Positions 25,620-41,249 of a DNA stretch of 64,000 bases are shown piece after piece; the first letter of the stretch is position 1; every line of letters begins with the position of its first letter. Position numbers and translations under genes: made by a program. A model generated the notes under the pieces. The model did no database searches, was not told the DNA's origin, and saw only the letters and a program-made list of their open reading frames with translations. This DNA is from Octopus vulgaris (Eukaryota). Location of the stretch: the NCBI GenBank assembly GCA_951406725.2, contig OX597816.1, positions 84,072,001-84,136,000 on the forward strand, read 5' to 3'.

Positions 25620-25860
25620 AGTATATGTTTATGTCTCTGTATTTGTCCCTCACCTCACCGTTTGATAACCGATATTGGTGTGTTTACGTTCCCGTAAGCT
25701 AGCGGTTCGGCAATAGAGACCGATAGAATAAGTACTAGGCTTACAAAGTATATATATATATATCGCTCTATACTCATCCGACATTTCATACTGGAACATA
25801 CGTATATTGGTTTCTAAACAGGATTTTTGGTCTCGTAATGCCTATGCAAAATATTAAAAC

Positions 25861-25903
<43 letters not shown>

Positions 25904-26109
25904 TCTATTTATACATCCATACAAGCAACCATACATATATACATACATACATGCATACATGCTTACGTACCTACGTATGTATGTATGTATGTATGTATGT
26001 ATTATTTCAGAATCAATCTTCTCAAATATTTGTCTATTTTGACTCCACCTAGTTAATATATCATCTTCCATCCACACATCATCACGATGTCATCCACACT
26101 ACAATAATG

Positions 26110-26165
<56 letters not shown>

Positions 26166-26626
26166 CTTAATCCCCCTATTCTCTGCTTCACTCAACAACT
26201 CCGCTTTTACTTCGTATTTTTTTACCCTTCATCCCTTCATCCTTCTTTTCTTCGTCATCTATATTCCTTTCTTCCTTGTTCATAAATATTCTAATACAGA
26301 AATTAATATTAAACTAGGAAGGGAAGCTGCTAACAAAAAATTACCATAGCGAAAAAACAAACAAACAAAAAGAAATAAAACAAAATTTCTAGACGAGTCT
26401 TGAGTGGAAACTTCACCGATGTGAATGTTGAGAATCAACCTTCCAAACTAAATAAAATGACGTACAGCTCAAACTCGCTGCTGAAATAGTCTTTTTATGT
26501 GATTATATATTAAATCATTGTTATTTTACTTACCTTTACTCACGTGTCTATCAAACTATCTATCCTTCTATCTATCTATCTATCTATCTATCTATCGATC
26601 TATCTATACATATAATAATAATAATA

Positions 26627-26665
<39 letters not shown>

Positions 26666-26739
26666 CTGATAAATATAATAATAATGATTATGATTATACA
26701 CACGCACATGCACATATATATATATTTAAAATACTTGTT

Positions 26740-27022
26740 TAGTTTCTTCTTTTATTCTTCTAATCGGCTCAGTCATTTGAATGCGGCCATTCTGGAGCAC
26801 CGCCTTTAGTCGAACAAATCCACCCCATGACTTATTCTTTGTAAGCGTAGTACTTATTCTGTCGGTTATTTTACCCGAACCGCTAAGTTACGGCGACGGA
26901 AACACACCAACATCGGTTGTCAAGCGATGGTGAGGGGGGTACAAACACAGACACACAAACAATTACTTATATATATATATGAGCATACAAGAGGCTTCTT
27001 TCAGTTTCTGTCTACCAAATCC
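26740..27022 (-). mobile_element. Family B SINE, 3' part
   Basis: cagtcatttgaatgcggcc...gaaccgctaagttacgg...tctaccaaatcc. Confidence 0.8.
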
Positions 27023-27042
27023 AATATATATATATATATATG

Positions 27043-27550
27043 TTACATGGAAAAATGCAAGCATGAAAAGTAATATTTTTAAGATTATAAACCTGTAAAA
27101 GTACAGGACGAGTTATATTACACCTGTAAAAGTATAGGACAAGGTATTACTTCTAGTAAAGTAAAGAATAAGAAACATTTTACTTAAAATATTGCAGGAA
27201 AGAATACCAGTTTTTCTAATTTATTACTCCTTACGGTTCTCATCTTTTAAATTTCTTGTACAAAACTGTTCAGCTAATTTGTAAGTTTGTCTAATTAGTA
27301 TTTAAAGTAGTAAATTAGTCAAATTCTACTTAAATAAGTACAGTGTTACTTTTAAACTATAATAAAGTAATTTTTAATATTGAAATTTTAATTTTAGCTG
27401 CAATATTTTAAGTAAAAAATTTCTTATTCTATACTTTACTAGAAGTAAAAGCTTCTCCTATACTTTTACAAGTGTAATAACTTGTCCTGTACTTTTCCAG
27501 GTTTATAATCTTAAGAGTATTATTTTTCATGCTCGCATTTTCCCATGTAA
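27043..27550. mobile_element. Foldback MITE with about 155-bp terminal inverted repeats
   Basis: ttacatggaaaaatgcaagcatgaaaag...aatattgcag (27043-27197) vs ctgcaatatt...tttcatgctcgcattttcccatgtaa (27399-27550); internal cctgtaaaagtayaggac repeats. Confidence 0.85.
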
Positions 27551-28824
27551 TCCATGATTTTTCCAAGCATTGCTGTTATAGGATAATTAATAATGTGTCA
27601 ATTAATAATTCAAGATTTTATCTTATAAAATACTGAAAGATGATATTTCAGCTTTTTTCATATTAAATTTATATATATGTTCTGATTGAATTATTTGATA
27701 ATACCGATCCACACTAAATTAATGGCAGGAAATTTTACCATCTTGTTGGTTGCACCATGGCTCACCAAAAATTACAAACACCAAGACCCCAAAACCATCA
27801 GTTACCAGGCTCACCTTAAGTAACCTAGATTTTGAGTTGGGGATAATAGCACTGATTGCTGCTAATCTAGATCTATCAATAATTATTCAATGCAATAGTA
27901 ATTATAAAAGCATGTCAGATATACACAAGTTAAAATTACTTAAATCCTATTTATAGAAATTTGATTTATGAAAGATCCCTTTTAGTGAATTTTGGAATAT
28001 AGAAACTAAATTTAGAATATCAGCACTTTTAACCAATGCCTTTTCTGGTTAGCATTTAGGTCTGCCCATAGAGACACAGCCAAAAACGACCATATTCCTG
28101 CCTTAATAAATTTAGATGCACATATCTGAAGCATATTAATGAACTAGTCTGATTAAATAATTAACTAAAAAGAAAAGGAAAGCAACTAAAAAGGAAAAGC
28201 AAAAAAAAAAAAGTTGAAAGCAAGCTGATTAAAGCTGAAAGAGAAAATTAATAATAAAAGTTAAACTTACCCTAATTCAATAGCATATTAAAAAAAGTTT
28301 AGTAAATACTTAATTAAAAAAATAGAATATACGAAAAGTTAAGTCGACCCCGGTGGAATTTGAATTCAGAATGAAAAGACAAACGAAATACCATTAAGCA
28401 TTGCGACCGGTGGGTTAACGTTTCTGCCAACTCGCCGCGCTAGAAAATTGGCATCCATTTTAGAAATATATTATCATCTTAACATTATAGCATGGCCGTT
28501 ACTTCTTACTTCCTTACTTACTGACAATAAATTTCATCACATTTCACGAAATAACTTTTTTCTAGTAATTATTGTTCAATGTGACTAATGAATCTGAACT
28601 CCTCATGCGTTTTTCTATTATTTAAGCCGAAGAAAAATATACTTTTATTTTAAAATAAAAAAAAATATGCTAATTGAAGGTCAATAGGTACCTTACTGCG
28701 CCCCCTCGAGGCTGCAGATATTTTGATGTAACTTTTTTTCTACTGTACCAAATCTCAAACTATTTATGCCAAAATGTAGCTGAGACGGTGTCCTCTTTAA
28801 AACTGTTAACAGTTTGCAATTTAG

Positions 28825-29170
28825 TTCATCGACTCCGAAAGAATGAAAGGCAAAGTCGGCCTCGGCGGGATTTGAACTCAGAATATAAAGACGGGCTAAA
28901 TACCAGTAAGCATTTCACCTGGCGTGCTGACGATTCTGTCAGCTTTACAGTTAAAACTATTAAGGGGATCAAGGCGGCGAATTGGCTGAATCGTTAGCAG
29001 GCCGGACAAAATGCCTGGTAGGACTTAGTTCGTCCTTACGTTCTAAGTTCGAAGTCCGCCAAGATCGACTTTGCGTTTCATCCGTCCGAAGTCGATAAGA
29101 ATGGTACCATTCAACTCTGGGCTTCATTTAATCGACTTTACTGGCATTGTGTCAAAATTTGAAACCAATA
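28825..29170. mobile_element. Two diverged family A SINEs, head to head
   Basis: Minus copy about 28825-28945; plus copy aaggcggcgaattggctgaatcg... 28971-29170. Confidence 0.7.
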
Positions 29171-29768
29171 TTATTACGATGATTTTCAAGAAAGAACGAG
29201 AAGAGTAAAAGATATGACGTTTTGGACATCACTTCTTCGGATACTAAAGGTAATTTCAGAAGAAACAAAAGAAAGGAAGAGAAGAAAAGAGATAAAATAA
29301 GAAGAAAGCCAGGCTAAAGGCACGTGGGTTAGGTTCTCATTCCTCCACACACCTACACACACTTAAAAGATACACACAGGGAAAAAATATAAAATAAAGA
29401 GATTTTGATGCGTGTTAAAAATTTGAAAAATTAATGTGAGTTAATGTATCAGAAAATTTAATTATAATGATAAAGATGAACGTATTAGCAGTAAAAATGG
29501 TATAGCGTAAAGAAGTAGAAATGTTATAACTAGAATGAAAATTGCCTTCTTTTTTGTTTCCAAAATTGTTTTAAGTAGCTTTTTAATTTTCATGACGAGA
29601 ATTTTTTTCATTAAATACACGTCGAAGCATAGAACATGTTTTTTTTACAGTCAGAGTAAAACAATCATGTGATTTCTCTGCAGAGATTCACTTTTCTTCT
29701 GACAATGAGTTATGCTTATCGTTTGATTAATATTTCTGTTGCTTCATATATTGTACTTTGCACCAATC

Positions 29769-29837
<69 letters not shown>

Positions 29838-29954
29838 GGCACAATGTACATAACTGCATCTAATGATCGGCTAGAAATAGCTGTAAAGAATTACCTGCAC
29901 TTCGCTATCCATTACTTGTGAGGTAATCACTAGTGATACCATGGATTTTACTTA

Positions 29955-30315
29955 ATTAGGTTGAACCATCCCGAATGGCTACGCGTATTCTCCTCTGTCT
30001 CCTCGATTGAGAAGATTTAGAACACCTAACTGATTCTCCTGATTTAACGCCTTCAGATTATTATGTTTTGTAGTTACTCTCCAATCGTCTGCGAGTTCAA
30101 TTATTACGTGGAAATGAAAAAGTGACTCGATGACTTCTTCGAGGCAGAAACCGGTAGTTTCTACCAGCGAGGCATTAATTAACAAGCTAATTTCACGATG
30201 ACATCAAATTGTCAACAAGGAAAGATTTATTGATTGTTTTGTTAAAATTGTTGATGAAAAATAAGGAGTTAAAATAAATGGAAAAGGAACGAACAAATTT
30301 ATCTGAGAACCCATT
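29955..30315 (+). mobile_element. Degenerate mariner remnant (transposase C-terminus and right end)
   Basis: SPDLTPSDYY and LDDFFEAETGSFYQRGI motifs, then an aacgaacaaatttatctgagaaccca-type end. Confidence 0.6.
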
Positions 30316-30350
30316 GTGAATATGTATGCATAAATGCATGCATGTATGTA

Positions 30351-30545
30351 CGGGGCATGCTGAAAAGTTCCTGGTTTTGAGTAAAAGAAAATACAGGAGC
30401 ATTTGCTAATTACGACTTTATTCAACATATTATTGCAGAAATCCTTTAGTTTTTCTAAACCCTGTAAAAGAAATCGGAAGGTTGGGCCCTACAACCAGAC
30501 CTTTGGCAATACCTTTAAAGTCAAGAACTTTTCAGCATCCCCTTG
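30351..30545. mobile_element. Mariner-type MITE with TA flanks
   Basis: ta-cggggcatgctgaaaagttcctgg ... tcaagaacttttcagcatccccttg-ta. Confidence 0.75.
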
Positions 30546-30777
30546 TATGTATGTATGTGTGTAGTTGTTCTCTTTCTATTTTTTATTTAGAATTCATTTT
30601 TGACGGGCCAGTTACATGAAAATAAGTTTGTGAAGGAAAACATCCTTTTTTTAAAAAATATTTTCCTTTAGATCATATCGACTTGCAGATTTTTGTAGTT
30701 TCAGATATCGTGATCATTTGTAGCGTATGAATTAAGATACTGAGTTCTCTTCCCATGCACCTAAGTTCAACCATGTA

Positions 30778-31012
30778 CCTATTTCTTTACTACCCACAAG
30801 GGGCTAAACACAGAGAGGACAAACAAGGACAGACAAACGGATTAAGTCGATTATATCGACACGAGTGCGTAACTGGAACTTATTTAATCGATCCCGAAAG
30901 GATGAAAGGCAAAGACGACCTCGGCGGAATTTGAACTCAGAACGTAACGGCAGACGATATACGGCTACGCATTTCGCCCGGCGTGCTAACGATTCTGCCA
31001 GCTCGCCGCCTT
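30778..31012 (-). mobile_element. Family A SINE, full length
   Basis: cctatttctttactacccacaaggggc...ctgccagctcgccgcctt. Confidence 0.85.
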
Positions 31013-32071
31013 CGTTTCCCATGAATATTATAAGCAGAACTACATTATCGCATATTAAAAAGCGATTAAAACAGAAAGAATGGAAGAAGGAAACCGTTCA
31101 GGTGTGATTTGAATGGGGTTTAACAGCTATATCTGGCACGTCAAGTATATATTTAGTACCGATAGTGTAGGGTAATAGTGCATATGCCACCTCAGTTCAA
31201 GTAGGTATATATTCAAAGCCATTCCAGCCGTAACACTCCTGTGTTTTTCTGTCAGACACTACATCCAGTACCATATTCTCTAGTTTCTCATAATTATTTT
31301 TGAGGATGGCATGAAGTGATTTGAGGGAGGTTCAGCTGCTACTTTTCAGAGGTCGAGCGATCACATAGAGACCTTCTCTACGAAACAGAAAAGAAAGGCA
31401 AAAGTAAATTCCCTGTTGTAGTAGTAGTAGAAGTGGTGGTGGTTGTGGTAATAGTAGCAGTAGTATTAGTGGTAGTAGTAGTAATAGTAGTAGTAGTGGC
31501 TGCTACTATTGTTTTTTTAGTTATTGTTGATAGTACTACTGGTGGCTCTGCTGTTGTTGGTGGTGGTGGTAGTGTGGGTGACGTTGTTGTTGTTGTTGTT
31601 GTTGTTATTGTTGTTGTTGTTGTAGTGATCGTCACATTGCTATCGGAGCGAAAATCTAAATAGAAAAAGGAAATTTGATGCCGAAGGAAATTCCGATGGT
31701 GGACACAGATCGCTAAATGAAAACATGCAAAGACTTGACATGTCAAATTGTAACAATACATGGAGAGAGATGAGAGATGATGATGTGAGAATGTGTGCGG
31801 TATGTATATACGTACATGTGTGTGTGTGTGTGTGTGTGTGTGAGTGGAGATCGGGTAGGTCGTGTGAGTCAAGCTTGAAGTCGTGAGGAAGTGAAGAGTA
31901 GAACAAATGGAAGGGAAAGAGAAGATAACTGAGGTTACTCTCTTTGTGTCTCTGACTGTTTCTATCTCTATCTAACTATACATATATCTGAACATACATA
32001 CATAAATACATACATACATACACATATATATATACATATACATATATATATATATATAATGAATATTTATG

Positions 32072-32119
<48 letters not shown>

Positions 32120-32321
32120 CACACATACACGTGTACATCTTTGTATGTAAGTATGTACATGTATATATGTATGTATATATGTGTGTATTGTGTATGTATG
32201 CCAGTATGTTTTTATGTATTTACGAAGGGTGTCAGAAATTAATAAAGAGAAAATGAATGACATGACTAGGTAGGTCACAAAAGAAGAAATATACACCCAT
32301 ATATGCATGTGCGCTTGTGTG

Positions 32322-32382
<61 letters not shown>

Positions 32383-32577
32383 GTCCACATGTGTAATTTG
32401 TTTATTTCATTATCGGCTTTACCCGATACTTAATAGTATTTCGTGTTGTCAACACTAAATTTGTTGTAAGGCCAATATTAAAATAAACAAATATGTATTC
32501 TGTGTATATAAATGTGTGGAGATTTCATTGCTGTACATATAAAATTATACCTACATATACATATATATATGAATATA

Positions 32578-32938
32578 TGTGGCTGTGTGGTAAGAAGCTC
32601 ACTTCCCAACCACATAGTTCCGGGTTCAGTCCCTTTTGTGTGACACATCGGACACGTGTTTTCTCCTAATGCCTCTGAGCGACCAAAGTCTTTTGAGTGG
32701 ATTTGGTAGACGAAAACTGGAAGAAGTCTCTCGTATATATTATGTGAATATGTTTATGTGTATGTGTCATTATGTCTGTGTTTGCCCTCCAACACCGCTT
32801 GACCACTGGTGTTGGAGTGTTTACGTTCTCGTGACTTAGCGATTCGGCAAAATAGACATATTAACTAAATGACAGGCTTAAAAGGAAAATAAGTCCTAGG
32901 GTTGATTTGTTCGACTAAAATCCTTTAATGCGGTACCT
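32578..32938 (+). mobile_element. Diverged family B SINE
   Basis: tggctgtgtggtaagaagctcacttcccaaccac...gatttgttcgactaaaa. Confidence 0.75.
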
Positions 32939-32940
32939 CC

Positions 32941-34090
32941 ATTACTTTCTATTTGATACCACCTACTATTGACAACAATGAGGAATTGCGATGGGAACAA
33001 AAGCAACCCTAGCTCTCGCGAACCTAATAATGGGATATTTAGAAATAACTATATATCAAGTATCACAACAAAAATATGGAGATTCATTTTACCATTTAAT
33101 AAGAAAGAAAATGATAAATAGATGACTGCTTTATCGTTTGAAATGAATATATTCATAAACTATTTGAATTTAAATCACTACTTAATAGTATAAATCCAAA
33201 TATCCAGCTTACAATGGAGTAAAACAAAGATCAACTCCCATTGTCTGATATTTTGATAAAAAGAAAGTCAATCAAATTGAAACCGATATCCATTATAAAA
33301 CAACAGACTCGAAAAAATACTTTCTGTTTAATTCTTGTCACTCGAAACACGCCAAAGTAAATATCCCCTTTAAATTAGCGAAAAGGATTTGCACAATATT
33401 GTCTGATGCAAATACACAGGATCTTCGACTTCAAGACCTTAAACCCACATTAGCCGAGAGACACTATCTCCATTCGCTAATAGGTAATAGGATTAAACAT
33501 GCCAAGCAAATAGATATCAAAACACTAAGTGAAACAAAACGAAATCCCACACCTCATCTACAAATGTTACTTATTATATCGACAAACGACCCTGGAAACA
33601 ATGAGGCATACAACACCATTATTCAAAACTTACCGACGCTCACAAGTGACTCAAAGATAACCCACATTCTGCTAGCACACAAATACATCAAAAGTAAAAT
33701 GCAACCTAAAACACTAAAAGAATAATGACGCCAAACAACAACGAAACGAATAGTTAAAGGACGCAGGCGTCAACACTATGGAACATACTTCAGCCTACTG
33801 GAACGTTCGGAATTTACAAGGACGAAGATTCACAATTAGGTCTAATTTCACTTGTGCATTTGAAAATTCAATCTATGTGGTAACTTGTTTAGGATATGGA
33901 CACTATTATATAGGCCAAACAGGGATGTCACTTAGACGGAGAACTACACATCCTAAGGTATAAACAGATACTTTCAGCGGACACAGAAAGATGTGCGGAG
34001 AATCTCCTAGGAAATAATCTCTATGCAACAACGATTAAATAAAGAGCTTATATTTATTTAAAAAGACAAACCACGCTTGAATATAAACAC
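32941..34090 (+). pseudogene. Penelope-like element: degenerate RT and GIY-YIG endonuclease
   Basis: YFLFDTTYY*QQ*GIAMGTK..ALANLIMGYLE, IDDCFIV, LNSINPNIQLTME, TDIHYKTTDSKKY..FNSCH..H.KVNIPF.LAKRICTI, then FTC..ENSIYVVTC.G.GHYYIGQTG.SLRRR. Confidence 0.9.
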
Positions 34091-34655
34091 AAAACCAAAT
34101 TTGGATTTGGCAAATCTTTTAATTCAAACTTTGTACATATTTTATTTCATTATTTTAATTCATGAATTTATATCTTCGTAATATAAATACAATAAATATT
34201 CCCTGTCTTCTCGTATGGCATCGGGCTGACTAAAGCCTCGTGACTGAATTTGGTAGACGGGAATTGAAACAAGCCAATGATGTATGTGTGTGCGCGTGCG
34301 TCTTTGCGTTTGTCCTCCGCCACCGTTTGATTATCTAAATTTTACAAGGCACGTGCTACCCTGTTATGACCAGAGTTCAATGATTGAAACAAAAGGAGGG
34401 TAAAAACAAATATGAACACAATTACACACATACACACACATCCCACCAATATTCACGTCTCTCTGTGAGTCTGTCCATTGGTACTTACCTAAGATTGTCT
34501 ACTCCCATGCGTTCTATATATAGGGATATATTGCTTACGCATAACTACTTTAGGAGAACAAAATGTAAATGGTTGAGAGGTAGCGTCTTTTCTATTATAT
34601 GGATGTGCAAATATATACATATAATACATACATACATACATACATACATACATGT

Positions 34656-34880
34656 GGAGGCACGTAACTTAGTGGCTAGGGTGTCAGCATCATGATCGTA
34701 AGATTGTGGTTTCGATTCCTGGACCGGGCGACGTGTTGTGTTCTTGAGCAAAACACTTCATTTAACTCAGCTGGCAAAAATGAGAAACGCTGCGATGGAC
34801 TGGCGTCCCGTCCAGCTGGGGAACACGTACGCCATAGAAAGCGGGAAATCGGGCCCATGAGTCTGGCTAGGCTTTAAAAG
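34656..34880 (+). mobile_element. Family C SINE
   Basis: ggaggcacgtaacttagtgg...gtttcgattcc...ctgcgatggactggcgtcccgtccag. Confidence 0.75.
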
Positions 34881-34985
34881 GGCGCATTTATCTATTACAT
34901 ATATACAAACATGCATGCATGCATACATGCATGCATACATACATACATACATACATACATACACATACATACATACATACATACA

Positions 34986-35021
<36 letters not shown>

Positions 35022-35606
35022 TATATGAAATTTATAGAAAAACAAAAGACGAAGATATGTGTATGAGCAACAAACAGGTGTATTAGTTTGACGCTCAGTA
35101 AAATGAAAAATGAAAAAGTCTTTTACGTTTCGATCCTACTCTCTTCAGCAGAAAGGAATAAGAGAAAAAGAAAACAGAGAGAATAAAAAAAAACTGTAGA
35201 TTTAGCTGTCATCCCATCAATCTGTCTATCTAATCCCTCTCTCTCTGTATATATACACACACATAAACACACACACACACACACATGCACGCCTGTGCAA
35301 TTATAGTATGCATGATTGCATGTATGCATGTGTGAGTCTAAGTGTGGTGTCTGAATGTTTATCTGAGCGCATATGTGTATATACTGTGCCTATGTGCTTC
35401 ACGTGTGTGAGTGCGTGTCTGTATGTGTGTATGTATATGTGCTTCCACATGCATGCTTACAAACGCCAAGAGAGTTCCCCAATACTCTTGTAACAGTTTA
35501 TGAGTTGCGCCTTCCCCTGTTGGAATTTAATATGTTTGCTTTATTGGTATGATATAACCTGACTATGTATGTATGTATGTATGTATGTATACGCAGCATA
35601 CATACA

Positions 35607-35654
<48 letters not shown>

Positions 35655-35687
35655 CATTATGTGTGTACATGTATTTATATATATATA

Positions 35688-35747
<60 letters not shown>

Positions 35748-35961
35748 ATATATATATATATATGGAAGTACGCATATGTATTTAGGTATATTCGCGTGGT
35801 CATGACGACTTGCTATATTTCTCAGACCTGGAGCAATAAATACAAAAGATTCAAAAGATAACTGGAAAAATAAAAAAAAAGCAAGAATAACATACAATGA
35901 AAAAAATTATAAAAATTAAGCATGCTATAGAAGTTAAGATAAAATATACATAAATATTCAT

Positions 35962-35999
<38 letters not shown>

Positions 36000-36243
36000 G
36001 TATGCATGTATATATATATATATATATATATGTATATGTGTGTATGTATGTATATATATATATATATTATATACATACACATGCACATGTGTTTGTGTAT
36101 GCATATAGGCATTCCTACGCATGTATGTATGTATGTATTTGTTTATTAGTTTTCATTTATTATAGTACCTTTCCCCGTACCCCCTGAAACACCGTATTTT
36201 TATACTTGGACTTTTAGGAAAGGGGTCAGGTGAGAAATTGCAA

Positions 36244-36278
<35 letters not shown>

Positions 36279-36849
36279 ATAGATAAATAAATAAATGAAA
36301 GAAGAAAGAAGAGAAAAATAGAAAGAAAGAAAGAAAACAACGGATTAAGGCAGCCACTAGCAACGTATCAATCACAGTGCTAAAGTAAAACATTCAACGT
36401 GAAACAGCAAACGTCTAACAACAACAACAACAACAACATAACAACAGCAACAGCAGCAACAACAAAAACAAGTACACCCACGGAAACGACAGCCGTACCA
36501 ATAATAAATGATAATAAACAGATAGATTGTCACCTCAGTTTAAACCGAATTATAGTTTTATGCTTTCGCAGCGATCATTTTCACCTCTTTCTTCCCTTCT
36601 TCCTTTGCTTTGTATAATGACTTTTTTTTGCTCATTGTATTTATTGTATTTTACATGTTTCAATCATTAGACTGCGTCCATGTTGAGGCACCGTCATTTT
36701 CTTTCATCAGCGTGCGAGTCGAGTGTTAGACTCAACAGAGTATCGATTTAAATACCTTTGATGTATTTAGTTACAACCCCTTAGATTCCAGGTTCCTTTC
36801 TGCCAGTTAATCGCCTTAAATCTAGTCTTAATAAAAATATGATTATTAT

Positions 36850-37292
36850 AAGGCGGCGAGCTGGCAGAATCATTAGCACACCGGTCAATATGCTTAGCAG
36901 CATTTCGTTCGTCTTTCGTTCTGAGTTCAAATTCCGCTGAGATTAACTTTGCCTTTCATCCCTTCGGGGTCGATAAAATGAGTACCAGCTGAGCATTGAG
37001 GTCGATTACATCGACATATCCCCTCCCCCCAAATTACTGGTCTTGTGCCAAAATTTGAAATCAATATGTACCTAAGGCGGCGAGCAGTCAGAATTGTTGG
37101 CACGCCGGGAAAAATGCTTAGCAACATTTCGTCCGCCTCTATACGTTCTGATTTCAAATCCTGCCGAAGTCAACTTTGCCTTTCATCCTTTCGGGGTCGA
37201 TAAAATCAGTGCTAGTTGAGCATAGAGGTCGATTAATTGACTTATCCCACCACCCGAACTTGCAGACCTTGAGTCAAAATTTGAAACCAATA
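36850..37292 (+). mobile_element. Two tandem family A SINEs
   Basis: aaggcggcgagc heads at about 36850 and 37075; both end in aaaatttgaaa(t/c)caatat. Confidence 0.8.
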
Positions 37293-37512
37293 TTAAATAT
37301 GAAATGACAGTCAGTAATGTCTTCAATACTAGGCCTGGCTCGTCAGTATTCAAAAGGACCAAACGAAGACACAAATTGTACACACTTTTAGTGCAATGGT
37401 CTATTAACCTCATACACAAATATACATACATACATATACACACACATACTTATATACTTAACTACCTCTTTAACTCACTCCCTACATATATACATAAATA
37501 CATACATATATA

Positions 37513-38340
<828 letters not shown>

Positions 38341-38892
38341 TCACGCACACACAAACACACACACAGCTATAGGCATATATGCATATGGGAATATTAATTT
38401 TCACAAGAAACCGGTTGAAAGAGACTCGAAGTTTTGGGATCCCAGCCCTTATCATGATCCTTGATGATTGCTTGTAAGCCAAAATTTCAAAGTCACTATC
38501 AATCTTTGCCGTGTAAAGCATTAAATAATACTTCAGTTTAATGTTACTTTAAAAACAATACATGTGTATGTATGTATATATGTATGTATGCATATATACA
38601 TACATACACACACACACATATGTATATATCATTCTATGTGTGTTTGAGTATGAATGTGTGAATATGTGTATGCTCGCGTATGTGTGTGTGTGTATGTGTG
38701 TGCATGTGTGTATGTGTGGGAGATATATATGAAATTAAAGGCCAAGAGAGTTTTAGTATTCAAATATAGATTAAATACAGACAGAGCGACACCTGTTATA
38801 CAAACCATAAAGTTTTTCAAGTCATTATTTCAACGGCGATGTGATTAGGTATCAAGTTACAATGGTTATTAGTGTAATATGTATATACATAC

Positions 38893-38985
<93 letters not shown>

Positions 38986-38998
38986 TATGTATATATAC

Positions 38999-39037
<39 letters not shown>

Positions 39038-39066
39038 CATATGTATATATATATATACACATACAG

Positions 39067-39112
<46 letters not shown>

Positions 39113-39139
39113 ATGCGAGCGTATGACCAGTGGTTAGGG

Positions 39140-40250
39140 TGTTGCACTCCCTCATTGGCACCAGATTGACTTCGTCATCTTCAGAAAGAATGATGTCAAC
39201 ACTGTGAAGCAAACAAGATCCTTCCACAGTGCAGACCGTAACACAGATCATCTGTTGGTTATAGCCAAGGTAAAGCTGGTCACCAAGAAAACACAAAGAA
39301 ACCTAAGATCAACACAAAAAACACACAAGATCCAGCGATGATAACCAAATTTCAAGAATATGTTGAAGAACAGCTCCAAAACTTAGATAGCTCATCCCCT
39401 GACGACATGTGGAATAATATGAAATCAGCAATATATGATTCTGAGTCGAGGCCTTTGGAACGGATAGACTTTCCAAAGAGGACTGAATCGAAGGCAATGC
39501 ATCAATATTAATACCATTACTTGAGAAAAAGTGCAAGATCTTCATAAAGCACAATAGAAAACCAACAGAAAGTATAAAGCAACAGCTACGTGCTGCAAAA
39601 TCCAACCTTCAAAAAGAAACTAGAAAATGTGCCAACCAGTACTGGGATAAATTATGCTTAGAAATTCAATAGGCTAGTTACATCAGGAAAATGTATGAGA
39701 AGATTAGAATTGCTATCGGACCAACAGTGAGTAAAGTGGCACCTCTCAAGTCTGCAACAGGTGACCAGCTGACGGACAATAAGAAACAAATGGAAAGATT
39801 GGTGGAACATGACTCTAAATTCTACACAGAGGAGCGAGATGTTGATAGACAGCTTGAAGAGGCCATTTCTCAGCTCCTTGAAATGACAGAACTTGATATA
39901 TCACCAACGGAAGAAGAACTCTCCACTGCAATCGATGAACTTGCAGGCGGAAAAGCACCCGGAAATGACGATATACCTGCTGAAGTGTTGAAAGAAAACA
40001 AAGATGCCCTCATTCCACATTTATAAAAGTTACTAAAGATGTGTTGGTTGGAAGTAAAAATCCCACAGGATATGTGAGATCCCAAGATCATCACTCTCTA
40101 CAAAAATAAAGGGGAAAAGGGAGATTGCAATAACTACAGAGGCATCTCACTTCTGAGCATCACTGGAAAAGCTTCTGCGAGGATCATTCTGAAACAACTT
40201 CAGAAGCTAGCAGAAAGAGTACTGCTAGAGATCCAGTGCGGTTTTAGTAT
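39140..40250 (+). mobile_element. RTE-clade LINE internal fragment (end of APE endonuclease to start of RT)
   Basis: HWHQIDFVI...[11 protein letters not shown]; GKAPGNDDIPAEVLK; IITLYKNKGEKGDCNNYRGISLLSITGK; EIQCGF. Confidence 0.9.
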
Positions 40251-40332
40251 CCATTCTTAGTAAACAAACCAACACCAGTTTTAGCGCTGGTGGTGGATAA
40301 ATAAATACACGTGCACGCACATACACGCACAT

Positions 40333-40397
<65 letters not shown>

Positions 40398-40964
40398 AAC
40401 AAACAAACAAACACACGTACATGCATAAACAGTCACACGCATATACATTTGATATATAATTACATATACAACGGGCTTCAGTACAGTTTCCAACTAATAT
40501 ATTCACTCATAAAGCATTGGTCGGCGCGCGACTAATATAGAACACATTTACTCTCAAGATGCTGCGCGGTGATATTGAACCCGAAACGAAGTGCTTGCAA
40601 TGCGAGCTCCTTAGCTACTACATAAAGGTGGCAAGCATCAATGATACAGACTAAGACGTGTGTCGAGGTAGGAGGAGAAATAGGGGGCGTACAAAGCATA
40701 AGACGAAGAGAAACTTCTGAAATGATTGTAAGGATCAATTCTTGACTTTCATTTCCAGACATATTTTCACACAAATACTCCGCCCAAACATACATTGGTA
40801 ACTCTCTCTTTCTCTCTCTCTCTATCTCCGTTTCTCTCTCACTCCCTCTCTCTGTCTCTCTCTCACATACACAACGCACATACGCGCGTGCACACATATG
40901 GGATATATAATATTATAATGGGTAATAGAAAGACTACGTTAATGGTGGTAAACTAGTCTTTATA

Positions 40965-41010
<46 letters not shown>

Positions 41011-41129
41011 CGTATACATACATATACTTATATCTATCTATCTATCTGTATATATATATATATGCATATATATATATATATATCTGTATATATATGTATA
41101 CATATGCATATATATACATATATATATAC

Positions 41130-41165
<36 letters not shown>

Positions 41166-41201
41166 TATATATGTATAATTTTATATGCATATATATAAAT
41201 A

Positions 41202-41249
<48 letters not shown>

